Of a DNA stretch of 64,000 bases, positions 24,636 through 36,437 are shown piece by piece. Each line of letters begins with the position of its first letter. The first letter of the stretch is position 1. The stretch spans positions 4,667,239 through 4,731,238 of the forward strand of contig NW_026867487.1 of the NCBI RefSeq assembly GCF_020745735.1, read 5' to 3'. The stretch is from Hemiscyllium ocellatum (Eukaryota). The position numbers and the translations under genes were made by a program. The notes below the pieces were generated by a model. The model did no database searches. It saw only the letters and a program-made list of their open reading frames with translations, and was not told the origin of the DNA.

Positions 24636-24900
24636 TGTGTGTGTGTGCGTGCCTCTGGTGTGTGTGTGTGTGTGTGTGTGTCTTTGTATTTATAATTCTG
24701 TCTGCGCATCTATTTATGTATGTTGCGGCCTGTGTATATGTGTGCTTTTCTGTGGCTACCAATGTGCATTTCTGTGTTCATGTGCATGTCTTTTTGTGTG
24801 TTTACATGTGTGTGTGTGTCTGTGTTTATCTTTATCTGTTGGTGTTTGTGTGCGTGTGCGGGCACATGTGTGTGAATGGATGTGTCCATCTCCTTGTGAA
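24636..24900. repeat. TG-rich low-complexity tract; paralogs at ~44076-44320 and ~63562-63800
   Basis: interrupted (TG)n that generates spurious Cys/Val-rich and His/Thr-rich ORFs. Confidence 0.85.
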
Positions 24901-25386
24901 AAGGAAAATATGCTGGCTTGATGTTGAAAATATGACAGTGTCGAAGTTCTCTGCTTGTTGCTGTCCTCTGAATAAGATCATATGGTTCCACCATCTGCTC
25001 TCGAATCGGACATTTCAAAAACCATCACATTCTCTTAAGAAGGCTCAGATTGGGAATTTTTCAAGGGCTACTTTCTAATATTCATGACGTAATAGAACGA
25101 GGGGTTATAGTTTAAACTCATCCATTTTTAAACAGCGATCCAATGTTCTGAGATCAATGATTTGGATGAGAATGTTCTAGGCATGAACGGAAAGTTTGCA
25201 GATGACACTAACATCGGAGGTATGGTGGACAGTGAGGAAGGTCATCAGAAATTGCAGCAGGATCCTGATCAGTTGGGGAACTGGGCCAGAAATGGTAAAT
25301 GGAATTTGGTATGAGGGCTTGCATTGTGGAAAGCTAATTCAAAGCAAGAGTTTGATGATGGATGGTAGTGCCTTAAGGAGGCACTA

Positions 25387-25532
25387 CCCCAAGTCCCTCC
25401 TCCCTACCTTTTATCTTAGCCTGCTGGAAACGCCCCTCCCCCAAGTCCCTCCTCCCTACCTTTTATCTTAGCCTGCTGGAACACCCCTCCCCCAAGTCCC
25501 TCCTCCCTACCTTTTATCTTAGCCTGCTGGAA
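25387..25532 (+). repeat. 51-52-bp tandem repeat (about 3 units) at the Penelope 5' end
   Basis: ccccaagtccctcctccctaccttttatcttagcctgctggaa units starting near 25387, 25439 and 25490. Confidence 0.9.
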
Positions 25533-27685
25533 CCTTCTAACCTGCAATTTTCTTCCTGACCTCTCCTCCCCCACCCCACTCCGGCCTATCAGCCTCAACT
25601 TGACTTCCTTCCACCGATCACATCTCCATCGCCCCTCCCCAATTCCCTCCTCCCTCCTTTTATCTTAGCCAAATGGAATCCACTCCCGGCAGACAAGGGA
25701 GGCGCGGTAGTAGTTTGGCGCAGTGACCTTTATACCTCTGAGGCCAAATGCCAGTTCGCAGACGCCTCCTCCTATTGCCCCCTTGACCATGACCCCACCT
25801 CCCACCACCAAACCATCATCTCCCAGACCATTCATAACCTCATTACGTCAGTGGGTCTCCCATCCATCGCCTCCAACCTCATAGTCCCACAACCCCGCAC
25901 TGCCCGTTTCTACCTCCTGCCCAAAATCCACAAACCTGACTGCCCCGGCCGAGCCATTGTCTCAGCCTGCTCCTGCCCACCAAACTCATCTCTGCGTACC
26001 TCGATATGGTTCTGTCCCCCTTAGTCCAAGAACTGCCCACTTACGTTCGGGACACCACTCATGCCCTCCACCTCCTCCATGATTTTTGCTTCCCCGGTCC
26101 CCAACGCCTTATCTTCACGATGGACATCCAGTCCCTGTAAACCTCCATCCCCCATCACGAAGGACTCAAAGCCCTCCGCTTCTTCCTTTCCCGACGCACC
26201 AACCAGTACCCTTCTACTGACACCCTCCTTCGACTGACTGAACTGGTCCTCACCCTGAACAACTTCTCTTTCCAATCCTCCCACTTCCTCCAAACTAAAG
26301 GAGTTGCCATGGGCACCCGCATGGGCCCCAGCTATGCCTGTCTCTTCGAAGGATATGTGGAACAGTCCATCTTCCACAACTACACTGGCACCACCCCCCA
26401 CCTTTTCCTCCGCTACATCGATGACTGTATCGGCGCTGCCTCGTGCTCCCACGAGGAGGTTGAACAGTTCATCAACTTTACCAACACCTTCCATCCCGAC
26501 CTCAAAATCACCTGGACTGTCTCAGACTCCTCTCTCCCCTTCCTAGACCTTTCCATTTCTATCTCAGGAGACCGAATCAACACAGACATCTACTATAAAC
26601 CGACTGACTCCCACTGCTACCTGGACTACACCTCCTCCCACCCTGCCCCCTGTAAAAACGCCATCCCATATTCCCAATTCCTTCGTCTCCGCCGCATCTG
26701 CTCCCAGGAGGACCAGTTCCAATACCGTCCAGCCCAGATTGCCTCCTTCTTCAAGGACAGCAGATTCTCCCCAGACGTGATCGACGACGCCCTCCACCGC
26801 ATCTCCTCCACTTCCCGCTCCTCCGCCCTTGAGCCCCGCCCCTCCAACCGCCACCAGGACAGAACCCCACTGGTTCTCACCTACCACCCCACCGACCTCC
26901 GTATACAGCGTATCATCCGCCGTAATTTCCACCACCTCCAAACAGACCCCACCACCAGGGATATATTTCCCTCCCCTCCCCTATCAGCGTTCCGCAAAGA
27001 CCACTCCCTTCGTGACTCCCTCGTCAGGTCCACACCCCCCACCAACCCAACCTCCACTCCCGGCACATTCCCCTGCAACTGCAGCAAATGCAAAACTTGT
27101 GCCGACACCTCCTCCGTTACCTCTCTCCAAGGCCCCAAGGGATCCGTCCATATCCGCCACAAGTTCAACGGCACCTCCACACACATCATCTATTGCATCT
27201 GCTGCACCCGATGTGGCCTCCTCTATATTGGGGAGACGGGCCGGCTACTTGCGGAACGCTTCAGGGAACATCTCTGGGATGCCCGGACCAACCAACCCAA
27301 CCACCCTATGGCTCAACACTTTAACTCTCCCTCCCACTCCACCAAGGACATGCAGGTCCTTGGACTCCTCCATCGCCAGAACATAACAACACCATGGTTG
27401 GAGGAAGAGCGCCTCATCTTCCGCCTGGGAACCCTCCAACCACAAGGGATGAACTCAGATTTCTCCAGTTTCCTCATTTTCCCCTCCCCCCACCTTGCCT
27501 CAGTCGATTCCCTCGAACTTAGACCGCCCTCCTAACCTGCAATTTTCTTCCTGACCTCTCCGCCCCCACCCGACTCCGGCCTATCACCCTCACCTTGACC
27601 TCCTTCCAATATCACATCTCCACCGCCCCTCCTCCATGTCCTTCCTCCCTACCTTTTATCTTAGCCTGCTGGACACACTTCCCTC

Positions 27686-27721
27686 ATTCCTGATGAAGGG
27701 TTTTAGCCCGAAACGTCGAAT
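27686..27721 (+). ncRNA. minimal hammerhead motif in the Penelope 3' terminus
   Basis: attc-CTGATGA-a-gggt ttta gccc-GAAA-c-GTC-gaat. Confidence 0.75.
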
Positions 27722-27832
27722 TTCCTGTTCCTTGGATGCTGCCTGACCTGCTGCGCTTTAACCAGCAACACACTTTCAGCTCCGATCTCCAGCATCTGCA
27801 GACCTCACTTTTTACTCCGTGCCTGAAGGAGG

Positions 27833-28545
27833 TTAGTGCAACAGACGCACCTCGGTGTTCAGGTGGACGGTTCTCTGAAACTCACAGTTTGACAGGACAG
27901 CAAAAAAAAAGCTTTTGGCACACAAACCTTCATCAGTCAGTGAATTGAGTATAGAAGTTGTGAAGTTATGTTGTAGTTGTACAGGAGATGATCAGGCCGT
28001 ACTTGGAGTATTGTGCTCAGTATGGTCACCTTGCTATATGAAGGATTTGTTAAAATGGAAAGAGTGCAGAAGAAATTTACAAGCAGCTTGCCTTAACTCA
28101 ATGGTCAATTTAGTAGGAGAGATTGGACAAACTAGGATTTACATCTTTATCGTATAGGAGACTGAGGGAAACGTGGATGGGGGTGTGGATCTTATCAAGG
28201 TGTATAAGACCATGAGAAACATGGACGGTGTGAATGAACTCAATCTTTTTCCCAGGGTTGGGGAATCAAGAACGAGAGGGCATCAGTTTAAGGGGAAAGA
28301 ATAAAAGGGAAGCTCACGGGCAACATTTTTAACACAGATGGTGGTACTCATGTGGAATGACATGCCAGTGGAAGCGGTTGAGGCGGGTACATTCACAACA
28401 TTTAAAGGGATTTAGATAAGTGCATGGATAGGAAAGGATTAGAAGCATACCGGCCAAGTGCAGGAAAATGATGCTAGCATGGACAGACGGCATGGACCAT
28501 TTCAGTCAGAGGACATGTTTCCCTGCTGTAGGACTCTATGACTCC
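27833..28545 (+). mobile_element. 3' part of the CR1 relic interrupted by the Penelope element (5' part ~25090-25381); paralog ~47314-48025
   Basis: continues CR1 ORF2-like sequence across the insertion; tail ctgtaggactctatgactc. Confidence 0.7.
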
Positions 28546-31500
28546 CTCCATTTTTCAATCAGAGACGAGGGAAAAGTTGTCTGTCAGAGCATTGTGAGAT
28601 TTGGGAATGTCCTTCCTCAAAAGGCAGTGATCTTCACTTGAGAGATGTCCCGAACTGATTCTGAATGTCTTCACCGTAACTGAGGGAAGGATGCTTTCAA
28701 AGTAGTTGTCGTACAGAAGGATAATACATTCCAGGCCTGGAGTATCGCTCAAAAACTGACTTTTTGAAGCGTAGTCAGTATATTTAGGAAATCGGGAATC
28801 TAATTTAATTGTTATGGATATTGATGCAAATACAGATTTATTAAAATGAAACAGTGCTGAAGGAATTTGCACGCATGTTGCCTGAACTTAATGGTCTAAT
28901 TTAGAAGGATTTCCATGACAGAAGAAATTTATAGATTTACATTTCCGAATACAACTGCATGAATGGAATCCCTGCACAGCCGTATGACCTGCAGTTCCTG
29001 GAGGTATCCCAAAAGGTCAATAGCGTATCAAAGTTCATAAAATTCCGGATTTACCTGTCCTTTATTCCCAAATTAACAGAGAGTCCGGCCGGGTTTCTGT
29101 ACTTAACATAAATTATTATTCATTATAAATGAATTTATTCCAGATGCAGGTTAAAAATTATGAAAGGATGATATATAATTCAATCGGTTGCAAGTCTTAC
29201 TGCCATGAACAACTACCACCCTGTATTCCTTTAGTGCAGAGAAATCAGGCATCCAGAACTGGGCTGGCATTTTAATGGATCCTGTCTCAGTGTTCGCTGT
29301 GTTGACGCTTCTGGTTGTAGGACTTGTTGCTTCTTAATCTGTTTTCTCCAGGCACATTTGCTGAAGGTGGTACACAATGTTTCACACTGATCACGCCTGT
29401 CACGCACACACTGTATAAGTGTGTGAGCAGATGCTGCTGTACATTTGAAAAATGCAATGCGTTGCTGCCATTCCTCTGACATAATCCCCAACGATTTTTC
29501 CACTCTGCCTGTGCATTGGTGTGTAGCCACCAGGAGAGGGTGGCATTGTGTCACTTTCAGTACAGAGAACCAGGGAGAGCTGCTTTGACCAAACCTAACT
29601 GTCTGGTAGAAGTGATGGTGACCAGCCTTCTTGAATGTCTACACTGCTTGCTGAGTTGGGGCACCTACATTGTTGTTAGCAAGACATTTCCAGGGTCCTG
29701 ACCAAGTCGTGCCGTGTATGGCCTGAGAGTGAAGTGGCCCCATTCATCTACTGTGTTTGTCTTTCTAAGGAGTAGAGGGAATGAGAATGTTCTGTTGTAG
29801 GACAAATTACTGCAATGCAATGTTGCAGCCATAATTCTGCAGCTGTGCATTAGTGATAAGACAGTGAATATTGCTGCTGATGCAGGTGTCAGTCCCGTAT
29901 GTTTTTGTGTTTTTCTGCATTTCATCGACATGAGGAACTTCTGCAGTCCAAATTTATGATTGACCTGATATTCCATGCATCTTCCCTTTACCCCTTTACG
30001 CGGACTTTTAGTCATCCTTTCTTTAATTTTAAATTACTTTGAATCCTTTCACTTCTATGTTTCTTGCGGCCTTGCAAAGCGTACAACATGGGTATTTTCA
30101 ATCTTTCGCTAGCCACAGTTCAATTATTTTCCAACTACATGTTTCTGTTTTCGTGGAACAAATAATAATTACAAACTATATAATACCTCTTCAACCACTC
30201 AGTACTGTCTGTGTACTTCCAAATCATTCTGTGTATTTTGGCAATCCATCATTAGCATTTTCCGACTCCAATTTTCATTGTTTCCATTGTTCAGGTTTCA
30301 GACTCTATTTACAGAATGAATGATGCCACTTTGAAACTTGATTAAAACTTGCACAACATTACTTTCTGTATTCAACAGCACCTATGAAGAGCAAGGTTAT
30401 TACGGCCTGAAGTGTCACCTGAAATAGTAAACTTATGATGGACACTATTGCATTTAACATGGAGTTAGAAAAGATTAACAATGATTAAAGCATCCTGGGA
30501 AATCGAACTCTGCCTTGACTAAAGTGACGATGCTCATCCACATACTGCAGAATCCAGACAGGTTACAGGTGCCCCCAGATGGTTTGCATACAAACCTGAG
30601 AGCTGCAGACCCTGCAACACACACCTGAGGTTGGAGTTGAATGCAACAATGGAATGCCGCCCTCGGGGACAATTTGAAATAGTGAAAGATTCGCTGGAGA
30701 GAGAGGCGCCTGACACCCTTATTTGGAGGAGGTTACGTGCACCCAGCGTTTACCATATTGGATGCCTGAGGGCCAACCTGCCATCAACGTGCCAACACCT
30801 GGTTGGGTCTGATCCTTCAGGGTAATCGAACCTGATTAATCTGTTGGAAGATCCTCAACACCCTCCCAAAAAGGCGTGAAAACTCGGAAGGAGAGCAGTC
30901 AACACAAAATCACACCCAGGATGGTAACTCGAGAATAACCACCGAAGGAGAAGACACCGTCAAGACATCGGAAGTGAAGGGAGGCATCATTACATGGAGC
31001 CTGGTCAAGTTTGAATGTGGTGGTACACGAATGTACAAAGTTAAATTAAATCATAAGATATGTCGTTGTTCTTTTTTTGATGGTTTATGGTTCTCATATT
31101 AATTGTGTCCAATAAACGAAAATCATTTTCTGTTAGAGTCGACTCACGGTTCTTTTGCTGTATCGAAGAACTTTAACACACTGTGTGGCAGGTACAACAT
31201 TATGAATTTTTCTCCGTCTTTAACCAATGTTAAACCTAAAACAAGCTGATTTTGATTTGGTCCTTTAACGGTTTGCTTCAGAAAAGTTCATAACAAACTC
31301 CAGAAATTCATCTCCCACAGATTTCGTCAATGGATTTACAGCTAGGATAGGTAATTGAATCACTTGCCACAATCCTCCCATATTCATGGTTCCTCCTTGA
31401 CAACGTTATCTTTGTGTCTGCTCAGGAGGTGATTGATTGAATCCATGACTGCACATTAGTTGAGCATAGTGTCTCCTTGCTGTGAATGTTTGTCAAACTT

Positions 31501-31684
31501 CTTGATGAGTTTAAATTCCTTTCTCAGTAAGGCTGTGATTGCATTCATAATATGAAACACAATTTTGGATGCTGGAGATCTGAAACACATAGATGGTTGT
31601 GTTTGTGATTTGTTCCTCACTGAAAATAAAGTGTCAGATATAAGTTTCCAGTTTGAAAATGGCACTTCATAATTAGAGTAATAA

Positions 31685-32190
31685 TCATAGAGTCAGAGAG
31701 GAGTACTGCATGAAAACAGACCCTTCGGTCCAACCCGTCCAAGTTATCCAGATATCCCAATTTAGTTCCACTTGCCAGCAACCGGCCCAGATCCCTCTAA
31801 ACCCTTACTATTCATCTACCCATCCAAATGCCTCTTAAATGTTGTAAATGTACTAGCCTCCACCGCTTCTTCTGGCAGCTCATTCATACACGGAACACCC
31901 TCTGCGTGTAAAAGTTGCCCCGTAGGTCTCTTTTATATTTTTCCCCCCTCACCCTAAACCTATGCCCTGTGGTTCTGGACTCCCACACCGCAGGGAAATG
32001 ACTTTGTCTATTTACCCTATCCATGTCCCCCATAATTTTATAAACCTCTATCATGTCACCCCTCAGCCTCTGACGCTCGAGGGAAAACAGCCCCAGCCTT
32101 TTGGTCTCTCCCTATAACTCAAATCCTCGAACCCTGGCAACATTCCTGTAAATCTTTGCTGAACCATTTCACGTTTCACAACATTCTCCC
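31685..32190 (-). mobile_element. CR1 3' end; paralog 51165-51670
   Basis: reverse complement of the CR1 3' ORF2 and tail seen elsewhere in the window. Confidence 0.75.
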
Positions 32191-32864
32191 AACAGTTGTA
32201 CCTGTTTGTATTACCGTCCTGATTTATGGGCAAAAACACATTTGAAAGCAGTTAGGTGAACTCTGTTATAAAATTGCAGGTGGAAGTGCAAGTGAAATGC
32301 ATCTGTGGAGTTCTTCAATAATGATAATAGTTTGAATACTAGATAAAGAAGGGCATGCATTGTGTCCAAGAATTTCCTTTTGTCGTGATATGTGTACCTA
32401 CACACTGACCTTTGAGATATGCTCATTCCTTCTCATGAATTAAAATGAACTGAAATGCATTAGCTGAAATAAAGACCAATACACCTTCAATGGGAACTTT
32501 CAAAATAAAACGGGAAGTATGTTTGGAAAGCAAAACTTCGGAGAAAGATTACAAAAGCAGGTGGAGAACACCTTTTAGTATTTTAGCTATGTTATTATTC
32601 CAGAGAGTCAGTTAATGTCCTGGGAAACAGGATACGAGTCCCTCCAAAGTAGATGGTGAAATTTGATATGCATAAAATTAAATATCTGAAATTAAGAGTC
32701 TAACAATGACCATGGCAACATTGTCGATTGATTGACGTGATTCAATAATGGACTTCCGGAAATCCTCTGTCCTGTCCTGGTCTGGCCCATATGCGACGAC
32801 AGACCCACAACACGAGTGTAACAAGCTACTCTATTGATAGATATCAGAGAGTTCCTGCAGTGTG

Positions 32865-33165
32865 AAAACGGGCCATTACAAGTCCACACCTCCCACCGAA
32901 GAGTTACCCACCCAGAGTCAACCAATAAATCCGCATCTCCCCTGATGAACCCTATCTACACATCCCTGAGCACTATGTACAGTTTTAGCATGACCAATTC
33001 ACCTAGCCTGCACATATTTGGATATTGGGGGAAACCAGAGCACTTGGAAGAAATCCACGCAAACACGAGGGAATGTGCAAACTCCATTCAGACAAGGCTC
33101 GAATCGAATGTCGGTCCCTGGTGCTGCGAGGCAGCAGTGCGAACCACTGAGCCACCGTGCCGTCC
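32865..33165 (-). mobile_element. diverged V-SINE-like SINE; paralog 52345-52645
   Basis: gaggcagcagtgcgaaccactgagccacc head and aaaccagagcacttggaagaaatccacgc core on the reverse strand. Confidence 0.7.
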
Positions 33166-34236
33166 ACGTCTAACAATCTTCTTGAATTATCATCAAAGGT
33201 ATGATCCACATGGCGTCAGAAAAATAAATAACTGCAGAAAAAGTAATGTGGACTCTGCAAAGTTGTCCTTACGAACATCTGGGAAGTCGTGCCAAAGTCG
33301 GAGAGCTGTCTTACAGACGAGTCAAGCAACAGCCTGACAAACTCAGAACAATAGATTCATATCTGATAGACAACATCTAAGACACAACGGCCACCATCCC
33401 TGTGTATGTCCCATCCCACCGGCAGGATAGATTGAGCTGAGGTAGCCAGGCCATTGCATGCAGTCAGGAGGGAGTTGCCCTCACAATCATCGGCATTGTC
33501 TCCAGACATTATGACGTTCCATGGCTTAAGGTTATTTATGCCCAAGTATTCTCCTGCTGATTAAAGCATACTGCATTACCTTGAGTGATAAATGACTCCA
33601 TATTGTTTGTTTGTTTGTGTGTGTGCGTGTGTGTGTGTGTGTCACTCTTCTTATGGTTGCATCAAATTGCTTTGCGGAAGCAGTTCTCAAGGGCGAATGA
33701 CGTCATTCTGTTGCAATTCATCATGTCCTCTGTAAGTAACGTAATCAATTTTCACTGCTAAAACTTCCAGATCTGATGCAAAACTGTCTTTGAAAACTGA
33801 TGTCATCTGAATCTGATTGGTGGGGTTTTTGATGCAGTGAAAATTTTAAACTGCATGGGACGAAAATTGTTTCTGTTTGAAGTCAGCAAACTGCCAAAAC
33901 ACAATGAGCCCCACTAGCACCACAACCCAGATTCGAGGTCGATAACTGCTTGTCATTTCCTCGCTCAACTTCACTGTGGACATTGGCTGCGCAGATTGAT
34001 TGAGACCCGAGTAATAAAACAATTTTGCAATTTTTCACCTTTCATCTCACCTACAGAGAAAAATCTACCTCTATGAAGAGTACCCGATCGATTGCTGCTG
34101 AAAATATAGTGTAATGGTGGAAGACGATATAACGTCTGCAAGTATGAGAGAAAAGCAACAGGTTGAGCAAGACAGCCAGGGAAGAGATTGTAGAGAGTCA
34201 GCTCTATTTGGTCCTGTCTTAACTGTGATTGGTGCA

Positions 34237-34248
34237 ATGTTGACGTCA
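34237..34248 (+). promoter_or_regulatory. CRE-containing motif ATGTTGACGTCA in a V promoter; paralog 53717-53728
   Basis: TGACGTCA about 150 bp upstream of the leader ATG, with reverse CCAAT (attgg) just 5' of it. Confidence 0.55.
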
Positions 34249-34398
34249 GATATGAGAAACCACCCAGTTGGATCAAGGGAACAAATGTCTCACTTGTCCG
34301 GAAAGTGAAGGTTGTTTCTGATCGGGTTTCAGCCCCGCATGTAAGATCGGAAGGTCAAAATATTTTGAAAAATACGTTGTTTACTGCCGAACCTGAAA

Positions 34399-34833
34399 AT
34401 GTGCTTTTTATGTGCTTTACTGATAATTATGACAGTGGTGTCAGGTAAGTTCGACCTAAAATCATCAATATGCGCTTCACCAGTTCGATCTTCACATTTT
34501 TTACAACTTCATTATTTCTGTTGCAGGTTCGAGTGGCCAAGATTCAGTTTCCCAGCATCCACTTGAAAAAACGGTTCAGGAAGGAGAGACTGTAATCTTC
34601 AACTGTAATTACACAGCACAGATCACTGCTCCAGTGCTCTTTTGGTACATCCAATATCCCGGGGAAGCTCCGGGATATTTACTGAGTAGATTCAACAAGG
34701 ATGAAGGACAGACGTCTCCAGCTTTCTCTGACAGGTTCTCTTCTACTCTGGACAAAAAGCAGAAAATGTTTCCTTTAAATATCACTGTTGCTCTTGTATC
34801 TGACTCTGCCGTCTACCACTGTGCGCTGAGTCT
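34399..34833 (+). CDS. TRAV: TCR alpha V segment, family a, copy B (leader 34399-34444, V exon 34527-34833)
   Basis: MCFLCALLIIMTVVS, donor gtaagt, acceptor ttgcag; QDSVSQ..FNCNY..WYIQYPGEAP..DSAVYHCALS. Confidence 0.92.
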
Positions 34834-34872
34834 CACGCTGATAAAGAGTTGCATTCAGTCCATACAGAAACT
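34834..34872 (+). other. 23-RSS
   Basis: CACGCTG, 23-bp spacer, ACAGAAACT. Confidence 0.8.
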
Positions 34873-35129
34873 ATCCAGACGCACTCATGAGCCTCCTTTC
34901 CCTACTTGTACCCTAAGCCACATTTCTGATGTGTCGCTGAATTGTCAACTGACAAGATATTGGAAACCAAACGAAAAACATCTGTAATCCAAAGATAACT
35001 CTGCCTGCATTTCACATTGTGCGTTTTTCTACATAAAACCTTCTTATATCGCTGTGCCCGCCGATGGCACGCAGTAATAGAAGAAGCAGAGGGCCATTTA
35101 ACCCAACGAGCCCGCTTTGCCAATCATTA

Positions 35130-35450
35130 AGATCTATCCATTGTCTCGGCTCTTCTGACCTGCATTATCCCCATAACCCTTATTTTCCCAAATATGCAAA
35201 AACTCATTCAAATGTGTCTTGAATAAATTTAATGAAGCTGCCTCCTCTACTTCCTTTGGCATGGAATTCCACTGTCTCTGGGAAAAGCAGTTTCTCCTTT
35301 ACTCAATCCTAAACCCACTTGCCCTAATATTGAGGCCACCGCCTCCAAAACCAGTAAATCTTTCCTCAAGTAAGGAGATCAGAACTGCGCACAATACTCC
35401 GGGTGCGGCCTCACCAACACATTGTACTGTTACAGCAGAACCTCCATGCT
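35130..35450 (-). mobile_element. degenerate CR1 3' fragment; paralog 54610-54930
   Basis: similarity to other CR1 3' ends. Confidence 0.55.
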
Positions 35451-35732
35451 CTTAAATGCAATCAGCATTAAATATTAAGCACTAGTGAGCAGGGCTGACT
35501 TTGTTAAAGGGGAGAATTGAAGTTAGTGCTGCTGTCAGGTTTATTCAGTGATCAGCAAGCCCTGGCGTGGAGTATATTTTGGGTCGACATTGATAGATTA
35601 ATGAATCAACAGGGACAGATGTGAATTGAGTAGTCTGCCAGAAGTTGGAAATGATGTGGATCATATTGTTCGCTAGTGGAGCAGGTTGAACGGAACAAAC
35701 AGCCTCCTTTATTTCGCACCGGACGTCCCGTG

Positions 35733-35750
35733 GTCAACATGTTGACGTCA
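35733..35750 (+). promoter_or_regulatory. palindrome GTCAACATGTTGAC overlapping CRE TGACGTCA in a V promoter; paralog 55213-55230
   Basis: about 150 bp upstream of the leader ATG at 35897. Confidence 0.55.
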
Positions 35751-35896
35751 TTGACTGGAGATCAAAGCAGCTGTTAGCCGATATGGTGATTCCGAACCAT
35801 TCAGCAGCGAGACCGGATATGACACACTATTGACTGCCAGCTGAAAAGAATCAGCTTCAATTTTCTTTGTTCCCACTCACCATCTGCTCTGCAAAT

Positions 35897-36398
35897 ATGT
35901 CGACTGTTATTATTTATTCATTTCTCACTACTACAATGTTCTTAAAAGGCAAGTCTCTGAGTTGTAATTTATTCTCTTGTGTTAAAATATCTATAGCAAT
36001 TTTCGATTTATTTGTGTTCCCTCGATTACAGTATATGCGTTGACTCGGTAACATTCATAGTGAGCGTCACTTTATTTTTATATTTGCACAGGTGTTAATT
36101 GTGCCGATTCGATCTCACAGAAGCCGGCTACAGTGAGACAATTTGAAAGAGATTCAGTCACCATTCGTTTCAGATATTCGACCACAGATAGCATGCATAC
36201 TTTGCAACTGTACCGTCAGGACCCAGGGAAGTCTCCAATATTCTTAATCTACGTTGACAACTTTGGCAGTATTAACAGAGGAGAGGGGGTGTCCGATCGA
36301 TTTTCTGCATCTTTGGACAAGTCAAAAAATGAGGGGAATTTCACCATCTATGAACTGCAGGTGTCTGACAGCGCAGTATATTACTGTGGACTGAGACA
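35897..36398 (+). CDS. TCR alpha/delta V segment, family b, copy B; open frame but lacks Cys23 and Trp41 (leader 35897-35948, V exon 36092-36398)
   Basis: MSTVIIYSFLTTTMFLK with GC donor gcaagt; DSISQKP..VTIRFRY..LQLYRQDPGKSP..DSAVYYCGLR. Confidence 0.85.
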
Positions 36399-36437
36399 CA
36401 CAGTGACAGGAACCAGGCTGAGCCTCGTGCAAAAACA
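36399..36437 (+). other. 23-RSS
   Basis: CACAGTG, 23-bp spacer, GCAAAAACA. Confidence 0.9.

Larger units (their letters stand above)
25382..27817 (+). mobile_element. Penelope-like retroelement (RT plus GIY-YIG), 5'-truncated and inactivated, copy A
   Basis: ADKGGAVVV, FYLLPKIHKP, AMGTRMGPSYA, RYIDD (RT); IIYCICC..CGLLYIGET (GIY-YIG); stop at 26138-26140; 3' end repeated at ~25530-25670; near-direct repeats at 25367-25381 and 27818-27832 inside a CR1 relic. Confidence 0.93.
17090..28446. repeat. older partial copy of the tandem unit (paralog of ~37210-47926)
   Basis: collinear homology: Tx1 relic, two minus-strand V genes, CR1/TG block and Penelope insertion in the same order; visibly more diverged than the downstream pair. 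Confidence 0.9.

Noticed and set aside
24469-25078. Overlapping Cys/Val-rich and His/Thr-rich ORFs (also at 44077-44453, 63537-63941 and 196-469)
   Set aside because: They are translations of TG/CA low-complexity sequence with no domain signature.
25387-25532. Regularly spaced direct repeats resembling a CRISPR array
   Set aside because: The units are contiguous with no unique spacers, derive from the Penelope terminus, and lie in a vertebrate context.
26021-27445. Several minus-strand and alternative-frame ORFs over the Penelope element (also 45509-47073)
   Set aside because: They are shadow frames of the C-rich RT/GIY-YIG coding strand.
31148-31185. Minus-strand CACAGTG with a nonamer-like AAAAGAACC 22 bp away (also 50628-50665)
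   Set aside because: The spacer is 22 bp, the nonamer is weak, and the adjacent sequence has no convincing YYC or other V, D or J features.
28555-33545. Numerous 60-170 aa ORFs repeated exactly in both cassettes
   Set aside because: Their conservation reflects only the very recent duplication; there are no recognisable domains and several overlap LINE/SINE remnants.
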